DNA of 64,000 nucleotides from Verrucomicrobiota bacterium. GTDB taxonomy: Bacteria > Verrucomicrobiota > Verrucomicrobiia > Limisphaerales > UBA11358. The notes beneath the pieces were generated by a model, which was not told the DNA's origin, did not search any database, and worked only from the letters and a program-made list of their open reading frames with translations. Positions 1 to 10,188 of the stretch are shown here, piece by piece; position 1 is the first letter of the stretch, and every line of letters starts with the position of its first letter. The stretch is taken from positions 5,731 through 69,730 of the forward strand of contig JBEKMW010000006.1 of NCBI GenBank assembly GCA_049523455.1, in the 5' to 3' direction. The position numbers were made by a program, and so were the translations under genes.

Positions 1-364
1 TGGATTTCTGAAAGCACAAGGTGACCGCCGCAGCCACCAGCCAGAGCAGCACCGTGCCCAGCCAGGCGGCGCGGATGGTGCTGCGCAATTGACGTTGGCG
101 GTTGGTCGCCAGCGCGTACGCCGTCTGTTGCGCGAACACACTCTGAAAGGGAATCGTCGGCACGATGTTCACGACCGAGAACAACGTGATGAGGATGCCG
201 TATTCGGAGGCGGGGATTTTTCGGGACAGAAAATGGATGCAGAGCATCAGCGCACCGGCCGTCATGGTGGCCACCATCAGCCAGCCGCTCTGCCGGAAAA
301 ATGCGGCGTGGTGTGCTTCCGCACGGCCCGGCGGCGGATCGGCCTGGATTGGTTCAACGGTCAT
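1..364 (-). CDS. Polysaccharide/O-antigen flippase-like membrane protein, partial (runs off left window edge)
   Basis: Reverse complement from ATG at 364 translates MTVEPIQADPPPGRAEAHHAAFFRQSGWLMVATMTAGALMLCIHFLSRKIPASEYGILITLFSVVNIVPTIPFQSVFAQQTAYALATNRQRQL..., open to the window edge and typical of a flippase N-terminus. Confidence 0.6.
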   Translation of the reverse strand, partial: MTVEPIQADPPPGRAEAHHAAFFRQSGWLMVATMTAGALMLCIHFLSRKIPASEYGILITLFSVVNIVPTIPFQSVFAQQTAYALATNRQRQLRSTIRAAWLGTVLLWLVAAAVTLCFQKS

Positions 365-557
365 GGACACGCGCGCAGAGCTTGCCGGATGCGGTTGAAT
401 GAGAAAAGGCATTTTGCGGCCGGAAGGCGGAATTGGGGAAAAAAGGTCTGGAACCAGGGAAGTTCCCGGTTCCCACGCCGGTTTGGTTATCTGCGCGCTC
501 CTTTGCTTGCGGCCCCGCTTCGCAGCCGGTTGCGCGGCTGGTGATGCTGGGTTATTA

Positions 558-1346
558 ATGAGGACTATGAAAAAGTTGATTCCTGTTCTGCTCGGTTTAA
601 GTTGCATTATGACGGCTCATGCGACCATTCAAACCAAGGACGTTGAATACGAACAAGGTGATACGACGCTCGAAGGCTATGTGGCCTACGACGATGCCAC
701 CCGGGGCACGCGCCCGGGCGTGCTCGTGGTACATCAATGGATGGGGCTCACCGATTACGAGAAGAAACGCGCCCAAATGCTCGCGCAACTCGGCTACGTC
801 GCGTTTTGTGCGGACATCTACGGCAAAGGCATCCGGCCCACAAACACGCAGCAGGCCGGCGCGCTGGCCGGTCAATATCGCAACGGTGACCGCCAGTTGT
901 TGCGCGCCCGCGTCAAGGCCGGCCTGGACGCATTGCGGCAACAGCCGCTGGTTGACCCGCGCCGTATCGCCGCCATCGGCTATTGTTTCGGTGGCACGAC
1001 CGTCCTGGAACTGGCGCGCAGCGGCGCAGACCTGAACGGTGTCGTCAGCTTCCACGGCGGCCTCGACGCGCTCAACCCTGACGAAGGCAGGAACATCAAG
1101 TGCAAAGTGCTGGTCTGCCACGGTGCGGACGATCCGTTTTCCTCGCCGCAGAACATCGCCGCGTTCGAAAACCAAATGCGCAGCGGCGGCGTGGACTGGG
1201 AGTTCATCCAATACGGCGGCGCGGTCCATGCCTTCACGCAACGGGACGCCGGCAACGATAATTCCAAAGGGGCAGCCTACAATGAAAAGGCCGATAAACG
1301 TTCCTGGGAGACCATGCAGCAATTCTTCGCCGAGATTTTTAAGTGA
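558..1346 (+). CDS. Dienelactone hydrolase family protein with signal peptide
   Basis: MRTMKKLIPVLLGLSCIMTAHA signal; GVLVVHQWMGL, GYCFGG nucleophile motif, HAF near C-terminus; ORF called from 399 but signal peptide starts at 558/567. Confidence 0.85.
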   Translation: MRTMKKLIPVLLGLSCIMTAHATIQTKDVEYEQGDTTLEGYVAYDDATRGTRPGVLVVHQWMGLTDYEKKRAQMLAQLGYVAFCADIYGKGIRPTNTQQAGALAGQYRNGDRQLLRARVKAGLDALRQQPLVDPRRIAAIGYCFGGTTVLELARSGADLNGVVSFHGGLDALNPDEGRNIKCKVLVCHGADDPFSSPQNIAAFENQMRSGGVDWEFIQYGGAVHAFTQRDAGNDNSKGAAYNEKADKRSWETMQQFFAEIFK

Positions 1347-1453
1347 CGTGGCTGGTCAAATCAGTTAAATGAGTTAAACGAGTTGAATCGTTAAATGGGC
1401 AACGCCATTTGCCATTTAATTTTTTAACTGATTTGGCCAATCACGAACCACTC

Positions 1454-2026
1454 ATGCGCATCACCGGCGGCAAAGCGGCGCGACGAATTCTCCGGGTCCC
1501 CAAAGGATTCGACGTGCGTCCGACGCCAGATCTGGTCAAGCAGGCGGTTTTCAACAGCCTCGCTTCGCGGATTGTGGGGGCGCGCGTGCTGGAGCTGTTC
1601 GCCGGTTCGGGCGCGCTAAGCCTCGATTGCTTGAGCCGCGGAGCCGTGTCGGCGGTGTGCGTCGAGAAGTCACCCCGTCACGTCGAATACATCCGGGGCA
1701 ACGCGCAATCGGCCGGCCTTGAGCCGAACCTCGAAGTCCGCACGCAAGACGTTTTCACGGTGATTCATCAACTGGCGGAGTCCGGCAGGCAGTTCGACTT
1801 GATTCTGGCCGACCCGCCCTACGGTGAGAAGAACATTGGGCGCCGGTCCACCTCGTTTGCCCAGCGACTGCTCGACAATCCCCATTTGCCCAAGCTGCTG
1901 GCGCCCGGCGGGCGTTTCATTCTGGGCCACACCAAGCGCGATACCCTGGATATCATTGCGCCATGGCGGGAGGCCAAACAGCTCAAGCACGGCGACAGCG
2001 TTATGCGGTTTTTGGCGACCGCGTAG
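1454..2026 (+). CDS. rsmD: 16S rRNA (guanine(966)-N(2))-methyltransferase RsmD
   Basis: MRITGGKAARR.L, LELFAGSGALSLDCLSRGA, DLILADPPYG motifs. Confidence 0.85.
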   Translation: MRITGGKAARRILRVPKGFDVRPTPDLVKQAVFNSLASRIVGARVLELFAGSGALSLDCLSRGAVSAVCVEKSPRHVEYIRGNAQSAGLEPNLEVRTQDVFTVIHQLAESGRQFDLILADPPYGEKNIGRRSTSFAQRLLDNPHLPKLLAPGGRFILGHTKRDTLDIIAPWREAKQLKHGDSVMRFLATA

Positions 2027-2044
2027 GACCGGCATCGGTCGGTC

Positions 2045-3229
2045 CTAAGATGACGAAGCTTGCTCGACGGCCTCGCGCAGCGTGCGTTTGAATTTTTCGA
2101 TGCCCTGGTCAAACGCGGCGGCGATCGGCAGCACCGCGACCCTTTTGATTTTGGCCTTGAATTGCTTCAAGTTTTTCTCGGCGACGGCTTCATCCATTTT
2201 GTTGGCCGCGACCAGCCGTGGCTTTTCCAGCAGCGCCGGGTCATAAAGCTCCAGTTCACGCAGCAAATTCTTGTAATCATCCCAGGGCTTGCGGTTATCC
2301 GCGCCGGCCATGTCCAGCAGCAACACGAGTATTTTGCAGCGTTCAATATGGCGCAGGAACGCATGGCCAAGGCCGACATTCCGGTGCGCGCCTTCGATCA
2401 AACCCGGCACGTCGCAAACCGTCAACCGGTGAAAATCGTCGTATTCCAGGATACCGATCTGGGGATGCAGCGTGGTGAACGGGTAGGGCGCAATCTTGGG
2501 GCGCGCCTTGGAAATGGCGGTGAGCAACGTGGATTTGCCGGCATTAGGATACCCCACCAGGCCAGCCTCGGCGATGATGCGCAGCTCCAGAAGAAAATCC
2601 CCCTCCTCGCCAGGTTCGCCGGGTTGCGCGAAACGCGGGGTCTGTCGGGCCGCCGTGGCAAAATTCCGGTTGCCCAACCCGCCGCGACCGCCTTGGCACA
2701 AAACAAACCGCTGGCCGTGCTGCGTGAGGTCGGTAACGAGTTCACCTTTGTGGAACCCACGGGATTCGTCCATGGCGGCTGATGCCGACAAATCAATTTC
2801 CTGCGCCACCACACCGCTGGCACTGCGAATCAAAGGGCGTTGACCGGCGCTGGTAGGCAAGGTTGCGCCTGCCGGGCGCGCCGGCGTCCCGCCCGCTGGT
2901 TTCGCAGACGTCGGCGGGAAGCCAGCGGCGTCAGCCGCCCGCCACACCAGTGTGCCGCAGGGAACCTTGACGATTAAGTCCTTGCCCGCGTGGCCGTCCA
3001 TGCCCTTGCCCATGCCCCCGTGACCGTCCTGGGCAACGAGGCGCGGCTGGTAATACTGCGCGATCAGATTGTTCAGATCGTGGTCGGCCTGAAGGATCAC
3101 ACTGCCGCCCGCGCCGCCGTTGCCGCCGCTCGGGCCGCCTTTGGGACGAAACTTCTCCCGCTGGAAGGCCACACAGCCTTTGCCGCCGTGCCCCGCCCGC
3201 GCGTAGATTTTGATTTCGTCAACGAACAT
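2045..3229 (-). CDS. obg: GTPase Obg/CgtA
   Basis: Glycine-rich Obg N-domain (MFVDEIKIYARAGHGGKGCVAFQREKF), GYPNAGKSTL, DVPGLIEGAHRNVGLG. Confidence 0.95.
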   Translation of the reverse strand: MFVDEIKIYARAGHGGKGCVAFQREKFRPKGGPSGGNGGAGGSVILQADHDLNNLIAQYYQPRLVAQDGHGGMGKGMDGHAGKDLIVKVPCGTLVWRAADAAGFPPTSAKPAGGTPARPAGATLPTSAGQRPLIRSASGVVAQEIDLSASAAMDESRGFHKGELVTDLTQHGQRFVLCQGGRGGLGNRNFATAARQTPRFAQPGEPGEEGDFLLELRIIAEAGLVGYPNAGKSTLLTAISKARPKIAPYPFTTLHPQIGILEYDDFHRLTVCDVPGLIEGAHRNVGLGHAFLRHIERCKILVLLLDMAGADNRKPWDDYKNLLRELELYDPALLEKPRLVAANKMDEAVAEKNLKQFKAKIKRVAVLPIAAAFDQGIEKFKRTLREAVEQASSS

Positions 3230-3342
3230 GCGTTGGTTAAATGGTCAATCTTCTCCCTCTCCCCGCTTGGGCGGGGAGAGGGAGCCAGGAACAACAAAAA
3301 AGGCGAGGCCCGCGGCCTCGCCCGGAAATTCATTTACGCCGT

Positions 3343-3603
3343 TTAATTCTTTACGGCCGGTTCCGCCTGCACGTTCACCCGCCGGCCTTCCTTGTCGAAC
3401 TTTATCTTGCCGTCCACGAGCGCAAATAGCGTCCAATCCCGGCCGGTGCCGACGTTCCGGCCCGCTTCAAACTTGGTGCCGCGCTGGCGGACGATGATGC
3501 TGCCGGCGGTGACGGATTCGCCGCCGTAGGCTTTTACGCCGAGTCGTTTGCTGGCGCTGTCGCGGCCATTACGGACGCTGCCTTGTCCTTTTTTATGAGC
3601 CAT
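3343..3603 (-). CDS. rpmA: 50S ribosomal protein L27
   Basis: [45 protein letters not shown]. Confidence 0.97.
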   Translation of the reverse strand: MAHKKGQGSVRNGRDSASKRLGVKAYGGESVTAGSIIVRQRGTKFEAGRNVGTGRDWTLFALVDGKIKFDKEGRRVNVQAEPAVKN

Positions 3604-3608
3604 AAATT

Positions 3609-3920
3609 CTACGCCTTGATTTCTTTGATCTTTACCACCGTCAACTCCTGGCGATGGCCGATGGATTTGTGGTAACCCTTGCGGCGTTTCATTTTGAACG
3701 TGAGTTTTTTCTCGCCGCGCTTGTGTTCAACCACGTCGGCCACCACCGTGGCGCCGGTTACCGTGGGGGCGCCCACGCTCACTTTGCCGTCCTGGTTGAC
3801 CAGCAAAACGCGGTCAAATGTCACGGGCTGGCCGGCCTCAACCGCCAGCCGCTCGATCTCCACCGTGTCGCCCGCGGCCACACGATACTGTTTGCTGCCT
3901 GTTTCCAACACTGCGTACAT
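3609..3920 (-). CDS. rplU: 50S ribosomal protein L21
   Basis: [18 protein letters not shown]..., [21 protein letters not shown]; adjacent to rpmA. Confidence 0.96.
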   Translation of the reverse strand: MYAVLETGSKQYRVAAGDTVEIERLAVEAGQPVTFDRVLLVNQDGKVSVGAPTVTGATVVADVVEHKRGEKKLTFKMKRRKGYHKSIGHRQELTVVKIKEIKA

Positions 3921-4000
3921 AGATTTCCCGCAAAAGGGTAGTTATATAAACAAAAATGTGTCCGGATGTCAACCTGCGAGTTTGAAAAATTGGCCTTTGC

Positions 4001-6190
4001 TTACGTTCTTGCCGCCGGTTTCTTCGCCGCTTTATCCAGGATCGTGGTGAGAATACCAGCGGGCACCTGCTCGAACGTCAACGGTTCCATGGAATACGAC
4101 GCGCGCCCTTTGGACAGCGACCGAATGGCCGTGGCATAGCCAAACATTTCGGCCAGTGGCACTCGCGCGCCTACAATGGTCTGGCCCTGCTTGGCCTCGA
4201 TGTTGACGATGTGGCCGCGCCGCCGCGTGATGTCGCCGATCAGGTCGCCCTGGTACTCGTCGGGCGTGGTGCATTCCACCTTCATGATCGGTTCCAGCAA
4301 AATGGGGCCGGCTTTTTTGAAGGCGTCTTTGAGCGCAAAAATACCGGCCATCTTGAAGGCCAATTCGTTGGAGTCCACTTCGTGGAAGGTGCCGTCCACC
4401 ACCTGCGCCTTGAGGTCAATGACCTGATATCCGGCATAGACGCCGCCTTTGATGGCTTCTTCGATGCCGTCAATGACCGCCGGGATGTATTCCTTGGGAA
4501 TGGCGCCGCCGACGATCTTGTTTTCGATCTCGATGCCTTTGCCCCGTTCGTTGGGCTGAATCTGGATGCAGGCGTGGCCGTACTGGCCGCGGCCGCCGGA
4601 CTGCCGGATGAACTTGCCTTCGCCGTCCGCTGACTTGGTAATGGTTTCGCGGTAGGCGATTTGCGGGGCGCCAGTGTTGGCGTCCACCTTGAACTCGCGC
4701 TTCAGGCGGTCGCAAATGATTTCCAGGTGCAACTCGCCCATGCCGGCAATGATGAGTTGGCCGGTTTCCTGGTTGGTAAAACACCGGAACGTCGGGTCTT
4801 CCTCCGCCAGGCGTTGCAGGCCCTCGGACATCTTGTCGCGGTCGGCGCGCGTCTTGGGCTCCACCGCCATGCTGATGACCGGCTCGGGAAATGTCGGCGG
4901 CTCGAGCGTTACATCGAAGTCCTCGTCGCACAACGTGTCGCCGGTGGTGATGTTGCGCAGCCCGACCAGCGCCGCTATGTCGCCGGCGAATACCCGCTCC
5001 ACGTCCTTGCGTTCGCTGCCCTGAATTATCATCAGGCGGCTGACCCGCTCGCGCCTGCGCGTGCGCGGATTGTAAATCGTATCGCCCTTTTCGAGCTGGC
5101 CCGAATAGACCCGGAAAAACACCAGCTTGCCCGCGTAAGGATCGGTCCACAACTTGAACGCCAGCGAACAAAACTTGTTGGCATCGCTGGTGTCCACCAC
5201 GACTTTGTTGTCCGTGCCCGGTTCGGTGCCTTCAGCCGCGGGCACGTCGAGCGGGCTCGGCAGGTAATCCACCACGGCGTCAATCAGCGGCTGCACGCCT
5301 TTTTTCTTGAAGGCGGAGCCGCACAACACCGGCACCAATTCGATTTTGCAGGTCAGCCGGCGGATGGCGGCTTTGAGTTCCTGGGGCGTCACCGGCTTTT
5401 CTTCCAGCACGAGCTCGGCGATCCGGTCGTCCTTGTTGGAGACGGCATCCACCAGTTCGGCCAGCGCGGCCTTGGCGCGCTCCTGGTGTTCGGCGGGGAT
5501 TGCCTTGACCTCATAATTCAAGCCTTCATTGACCACGTCACCCGGCCCCCAATAGATGGCCTTCTGGTTCACCACGTCAATGACGCCGGCAAAGCGGTCC
5601 TCCGCGCCGATGGGCAGGAAGATGGGGTAGGCATAAGCTTTGAGCTTGTTGCGCATGTCGGCCAGTGCGTTCTCGAAGTTGGCGCCGGTGCGGTCCATCT
5701 TGTTGACGAACGCGATGCGCGGGACTTTGTACTTGGTGGCCTGCCGCCAGACGGTCTCCGACTGCGGCTGAACGCCGGCCACACCGCAAAACACGGCCAC
5801 CGCGCCATCCAACACGCGCATCGAACGCTCCACCTCTGCCGTAAAGTCCACGTGTCCGGGGGTGTCAATGATGTTGATCCGGTGGGGCACGCCCAGATAC
5901 GCCTTGTACAGCTCGTTTTCGCCGTGCTTGGTCTGTTTTTGCGTCCAATAGCACGTCACCGCCGCCGAGGTGATGGTTATCCCGCGTTCGCGCTCCTGTT
6001 CCATCCAGTCCGTCACCGTATTGCCATCGTCCACGTCGCCGATTTTGTGGATGAGGCCGGTGTAAAAGAGAATGCGTTCGGTCGTCGTGGTTTTGCCCGC
6101 GTCAATGTGCGCCGCGATCCCGATATTGCGGGTCCGCTCCAGCGGGTATTCACGTTTGGACGAATTCGCCGATTTTTCGTTGTTGGCCAT
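4001..6190 (-). CDS. fusA: Elongation factor G
   Basis: [37 protein letters not shown]; full 729 aa. Confidence 0.97.
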   Translation of the reverse strand: MANNEKSANSSKREYPLERTRNIGIAAHIDAGKTTTTERILFYTGLIHKIGDVDDGNTVTDWMEQERERGITITSAAVTCYWTQKQTKHGENELYKAYLGVPHRINIIDTPGHVDFTAEVERSMRVLDGAVAVFCGVAGVQPQSETVWRQATKYKVPRIAFVNKMDRTGANFENALADMRNKLKAYAYPIFLPIGAEDRFAGVIDVVNQKAIYWGPGDVVNEGLNYEVKAIPAEHQERAKAALAELVDAVSNKDDRIAELVLEEKPVTPQELKAAIRRLTCKIELVPVLCGSAFKKKGVQPLIDAVVDYLPSPLDVPAAEGTEPGTDNKVVVDTSDANKFCSLAFKLWTDPYAGKLVFFRVYSGQLEKGDTIYNPRTRRRERVSRLMIIQGSERKDVERVFAGDIAALVGLRNITTGDTLCDEDFDVTLEPPTFPEPVISMAVEPKTRADRDKMSEGLQRLAEEDPTFRCFTNQETGQLIIAGMGELHLEIICDRLKREFKVDANTGAPQIAYRETITKSADGEGKFIRQSGGRGQYGHACIQIQPNERGKGIEIENKIVGGAIPKEYIPAVIDGIEEAIKGGVYAGYQVIDLKAQVVDGTFHEVDSNELAFKMAGIFALKDAFKKAGPILLEPIMKVECTTPDEYQGDLIGDITRRRGHIVNIEAKQGQTIVGARVPLAEMFGYATAIRSLSKGRASYSMEPLTFEQVPAGILTTILDKAAKKPAART

Positions 6191-6209
6191 TTTAAATCGC
6201 TAAACCGTT

Positions 6210-6256
6210 TAAGCGTTGAAGCGTTGAAGCCATCACGCTTCAACGCTTCAACACGT
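6210..6256. repeat. Perfect hairpin made of GCGTTGAA units between fusA and rpsG
   Basis: GTTGAAGCGTTGAAGC and GCTTCAACGCTTCAAC arms flanking a short loop. Confidence 0.8.
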
Positions 6257-6268
6257 CAACTTGCTAAA

Positions 6269-6742
6269 TTACCAGCGGAAATGGGCAAACGCCTTGTTCG
6301 CCTGGGCCATCTTGTGGACCTCGTCGCGTTTGCGGATGGCGTTGCCCTGTCCTTGATACGCTTCCAAAATCTCCGTCGCCAGCGCCTGGCGCATCGGCTG
6401 GCCCTTGCGGGCGTCTGCGAAATCCACAATCCAGCGCAGCGCCAGCGCCGCCTGGCGGTCCGACGGCACTTCCAACGGCACTTGATAGGTGGCCCCGCCC
6501 ACGCGCCGGGCTTTGGTCTCGATGCGCGGCTTGGCGTTGTCCACCGCCCGCTGCAATATCTCGACCGGATTGCTGGCCGGGTTCTTCTCGGAAATCTGGT
6601 CGAACGCCTTGTAAACAATTCGTTGCGCCGTGCTTTTCTTGCCGCACAGCATCACCGTGTTGATCAGGCGCGACACCAGGACGCTTTGAAACTTGCCGTC
6701 TTTGGCTATCGTCCGTCGGGAAGCTTGTCGTCTGCGGGACAT
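6269..6742 (-). CDS. rpsG: 30S ribosomal protein S7
   Basis: MSRRRQASRRTIAKDGKFQSVLVSRLINTVMLCGKKSTAQRIVY; between fusA and rpsL. Confidence 0.95.
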   Translation of the reverse strand: MSRRRQASRRTIAKDGKFQSVLVSRLINTVMLCGKKSTAQRIVYKAFDQISEKNPASNPVEILQRAVDNAKPRIETKARRVGGATYQVPLEVPSDRQAALALRWIVDFADARKGQPMRQALATEILEAYQGQGNAIRKRDEVHKMAQANKAFAHFRW

Positions 6743-6774
6743 GGATTGGTTAAATGAGTTAAATTGCGTTAGAC

Positions 6775-6825
6775 TGCGTTAGTAGCGTTGAATAGCGTTG
6801 AATAGCGTTGATAGAGTTAAATCGG
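6775..6825. repeat. Short degenerate tandem repeat GCGTTGAATA between rpsG and rpsL
   Basis: gcgttagtagcgttgaatagcgttgaatagcgttgatagagttaaat. Confidence 0.75.
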
Positions 6826-6845
6826 TTAAAGGAGTCAAATCCACG

Positions 6846-7280
6846 TCACGCGGCGGCGGGCGCCGGCGCAGCCGGGGCGGCGGCGGCGGGCGCGGCGGGC
6901 TTGGACCCGGGCTTCGGACGTTTCACGCCATATTTCGAGCGGCTCACGCGGCGTTTCTCCACGCCGGCGGCATCCAGCCGTCCGCGCACGATATGATAGC
7001 GCACACCCGGCAAATCCTTCACGCGGCCGCCACGCACCATCACGATGGAGTGTTCCTGCAGGTTGTGGCCCTCATCCGGGATGTAGGCAATGACTTCGTA
7101 GCCGTTCGTGAGCCGTACTTTGGCCACCTTGCGCATGGCCGAATTGGGCTTCTTGGGCGTGCGCGTCATCACCTGGATGCACACCCCACGACGAAACGGC
7201 GAGCCTTCCAGGGCTGGCGCCTTGGACTTGTACTTTAACTTGCGGCGGCCCTTGCGGACCAGTTGGTTGATCGTCGGCAT
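6846..7280 (-). CDS. rpsL: 30S ribosomal protein S12 with Ala/Pro-rich C-terminal tail
   Basis: [13 protein letters not shown]..., [23 protein letters not shown], ends [30 protein letters not shown]. Confidence 0.96.
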   Translation of the reverse strand: MPTINQLVRKGRRKLKYKSKAPALEGSPFRRGVCIQVMTRTPKKPNSAMRKVAKVRLTNGYEVIAYIPDEGHNLQEHSIVMVRGGRVKDLPGVRYHIVRGRLDAAGVEKRRVSRSKYGVKRPKPGSKPAAPAAAAPAAPAPAAA

Positions 7281-7388
7281 TTCGTCTTAAAAATGGAGCG
7301 CCAAATATACCAAAAAAATCCTCCGTTGCAACAAGTATTTTAAACCATTGATATTGGACGTTTTTGAGCGCTCTGGCACACTGTCCGC

Positions 7389-8441
7389 ATGGCATCAATC
7401 GTCAGAGTGGCTGTCCTCGGCGTCGGTTCCCTCGGCAAAGAACACGCACGCATTTACGCCGAACTCGCCAAGGCCGGCCAGGTCGAATTGGCCGGCATTT
7501 TCGACACCAATCCCGATACCGCGCGCCGGGTGGCCGCTCCATACAAAGCGCGGGTTTTTGATTCCCTCGCCCAAGCCGCCGCCGCCAGCGACGCACTGAG
7601 CGTGGTCACCCCCACCGTCACGCATTACGAACTGGCCAAGCAGTTGTTGGCCCAGGGCAAGCACGTCCTCGTGGAAAAACCGATGACCGACAACGCCGCG
7701 CAGGCTGCCGAGCTCGTGCAACTCGCCCAGCAAAACCACTGCGTTCTGCAAGTTGGCCACGTCGAACGCTTCAATCCGGTGTTCAAATACCTCGAAACCG
7801 CCGCGCCCAACCCGCGCTTTATCGAATGCCTCCGGCTCTCCCCCTTCCCCGCCCGCTCCACTGATATCGGCGTCGTGCTGGATCTGATGATTCACGATCT
7901 TGATGTCGTGCTCGCCTTCGTGAAATCGCCCGTAACCCACGTGGATGCCGTGGGTATTCCGGTGTTGAGTCAAAGCGAGGATATTGCCAACGCGCGGTTG
8001 CGGTTCGCCAACGGCTGCGTGGCCAACCTCACCGTCAGCCGCGTCACCACCAAAAAAATGCGCGAAATCCGCGTATTTAGCGGCGGCGCGATCCAATCAA
8101 GTGGTCACCAGCCGAGTGCGACGGCGAGTTACGTCTCCCTCGATTACCGCGCGCAAGAAGGTTACATCTACCGCATCGCGCGCGACGATGAAGCGGAGAG
8201 CTCGTTGTTGAAGAAAATTTTTGCCGCCAAGGATTCGGCCGTGGTGGGCGAATTTGCCGGCAAACGTGTCGTGCGCGAGCCCGTGCCCATTGCGAAGGAG
8301 GAGCCACTCAAACTCGAACTGCAGGATTTTGTGAAGTGCGTCCGCGAGCGGCACGCGCCGGTGGTCAGCGGCGAGTCCGCCAAACGCGCGCTGGATCTGG
8401 CGTTTGAAATTACGAGACAAATACAAAATCAAACAATTTAA
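7389..8441 (+). CDS. Gfo/Idh/MocA family oxidoreductase
   Basis: VAVLGVGSLGKEHARIYAEL, VLVEKPMTDN; upstream of lpxB. Confidence 0.9.
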   Translation: MASIVRVAVLGVGSLGKEHARIYAELAKAGQVELAGIFDTNPDTARRVAAPYKARVFDSLAQAAAASDALSVVTPTVTHYELAKQLLAQGKHVLVEKPMTDNAAQAAELVQLAQQNHCVLQVGHVERFNPVFKYLETAAPNPRFIECLRLSPFPARSTDIGVVLDLMIHDLDVVLAFVKSPVTHVDAVGIPVLSQSEDIANARLRFANGCVANLTVSRVTTKKMREIRVFSGGAIQSSGHQPSATASYVSLDYRAQEGYIYRIARDDEAESSLLKKIFAAKDSAVVGEFAGKRVVREPVPIAKEEPLKLELQDFVKCVRERHAPVVSGESAKRALDLAFEITRQIQNQTI

Positions 8442-8531
8442 CGCAACGGCGGAAAAGCAGCAGGGTTGAAGTCAAAAACAATGTGTGACGTTGGAAAAAC
8501 TGCAGAGCAGCCGGTGGTCGCCGTTGAAATA

Positions 8532-8697
8532 GCTGCGGAGCAGCGCACGATAGCAGCCCATAGCGCCAGCTATGGGGAAGGAAGAAAACGACATGAAAAA
8601 ATTCCACCTCTTTCGCCCCTGCCGGGGCTTGGACGGTTTTGATCATCGTGTTCCCACGGCTGGCGCCGTGGGCTACTATCGCGCGCCACTCCGTGGC
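8532..8697. repeat. Inverted pair of double-hairpin units with covarying arms (between MocA-like gene and lpxB)
   Basis: Units 8532-8576 and 8653-8697 (inverted): [GCTG cggag CAGC]..[CCCATAGC gcca GCTATGGG] and [GCCA cggag TGGC]..[CCCACGGC gcca GCCGTGGG]. Confidence 0.85.
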
Positions 8698-8703
8698 TAA
8701 AAC

Positions 8704-9924
8704 GTGGTCGTGAACCCTAAAACCTTCATGCTCATCGCCGGCGAGGCCAGCGGAGACTTGCTCGCGGCCGAGCTGGTTTCCGCCTTGCGTGCGCAAGCTT
8801 CCCGCGGCGATCCTACCTCCGCGCCGCGCTTCTTCGGCGCCGGCGGCCCGAAAATGGCCGCGGCCGGCGTCGAACTGGCCCTCGATCTGACGCAACACTC
8901 CGTCGTCGGCATTTCGGACGTGCTCAAAAATTACCTTAAGTTCCGGGGGTTGTTCAACCAACTGCTCGCCCTGGCCATTGAACGCAAACCGGACGTCCTC
9001 ATCGGCGTGGACTTCGGCGGCTTCAACCTGCGCTTCGGCCACGCGGTCAGAAATTACGTCCGCGGCAATCCGTTCTCCAATTGGAATCCGAAAATCGTCC
9101 AATTCGTGTCCCCCCAGGTTTGGGCGTCGCGCCCGGGCCGGGCGGACCGGCTGGCGGCGGATTACGATTTGGTTTTAAGCATTTTCCCCTTCGAGAAAGA
9201 CTGGTACGCGCAGCGCACGCCAAATCTCCGCGTGGAATTTGTCGGTCACCCGATGCTGGACCGTTTTGCGAACGACGAAGCACAATTATCGCCCCGCCCG
9301 CCGGAAGCCGCGTCAATCGTAGATCGCAAATCGCAAATCCTCCTGCTGCCCGGCAGCCGGACGAGCGAATTGAAAAAGCACCTGCCCGTGATGTTCGGGG
9401 CCTTGGAGCTGGTGCGGGCAAAATTGCCCGGCGCGACGGCCAAAATGATTTTGCCCGATGAGGCGTTGAAGAAACTCGCGGTTGATCTGTCCGCGCCGCC
9501 GGTCGGCGTGGAAATCCAAATCGGCGGCTTGCCGGAAGCATTGGCGCAGGCCGGCCTGGCCATCGCCTCGACGGGCACGGTGACCATGGAGTGCGCCCTT
9601 TTCGGCGTGCCGGCGGTGACCCTCTACAAAACCTCGTGGTTCAACTTCGAAATCGCCAAACGCCTGGTGACCGTCAAATGGGCGACCATGCCGAACATTC
9701 TCGCCAACGAAGAGGTGTACCCGGAATTCATCCAAAACGCCGCCACGGCGGAAAATCTGGCGCGAGCGGCGCTGGACCTCCTGCAAAACCAACCGCGCCG
9801 GGAGAAAATCCAGACCCAACTTGCCACCATTGTTTCGTCGCTTGGCGGTGGCGGCGCGTGCCGGCGCGCGGCCTCGGCGATAGCGAATCTTTTTGCCGCT
9901 CCGCCCGCGGCTACAACAACTTGA
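8704..9924 (+). CDS. lpxB: Lipid-A-disaccharide synthase
   Basis: MLIAGEASGDLLAAELV, FFGAGGPKMAAAGVE, GVDFGGFNLR, FVSPQVWA. Confidence 0.93.
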   Translation: MVVNPKTFMLIAGEASGDLLAAELVSALRAQASRGDPTSAPRFFGAGGPKMAAAGVELALDLTQHSVVGISDVLKNYLKFRGLFNQLLALAIERKPDVLIGVDFGGFNLRFGHAVRNYVRGNPFSNWNPKIVQFVSPQVWASRPGRADRLAADYDLVLSIFPFEKDWYAQRTPNLRVEFVGHPMLDRFANDEAQLSPRPPEAASIVDRKSQILLLPGSRTSELKKHLPVMFGALELVRAKLPGATAKMILPDEALKKLAVDLSAPPVGVEIQIGGLPEALAQAGLAIASTGTVTMECALFGVPAVTLYKTSWFNFEIAKRLVTVKWATMPNILANEEVYPEFIQNAATAENLARAALDLLQNQPRREKIQTQLATIVSSLGGGGACRRAASAIANLFAAPPAATTT

Positions 9925-10055
9925 CAAAAATCCAGTTGATCAGGAAAAACAGCCGGTCACCGTGTGTAAACAACATCAGGGGCGCGGACATAAACGAGGC
10001 TGGATGGTGCCATGCGGCGCAACGCCGGGCAATGAGTTTGGCAATGTCCCAAATC

Positions 10056-10188
10056 CTCGCCTGAAAAATTATTTAAACCGCGAAATACGGCAAAAACGCG
10101 AACAACGCTAAAGGGAAGCACGAATACCGGGATTCTCCACCCGGATTTTCAGGAAGAATGTTCGTGTATTTCGCGTGGTTCGCGGTTC
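10056..10188 (-). repeat. Modular intergenic repeat, copy d (inverted orientation)
   Basis: Reverse complement carries ACCGCGAACCACGCGAAATACACGAACATTCTTCCTGAAAA and TATTTCGCGGTTTAAATAATTTTTCAGGCGAG shared with the other copies. Confidence 0.85.

Noticed and set aside
89-544. 151-aa plus-strand ORF at the left edge
   Set aside because: Opposite the partial flippase-like CDS, which has coherent TM segments; the plus-strand product is Arg-rich low-complexity.
4661-6757. 698-aa plus-strand ORF opposite fusA
   Set aside because: Antisense to the highly conserved EF-G gene; the composition is the GC-rich shadow frame and no motif is recognised.
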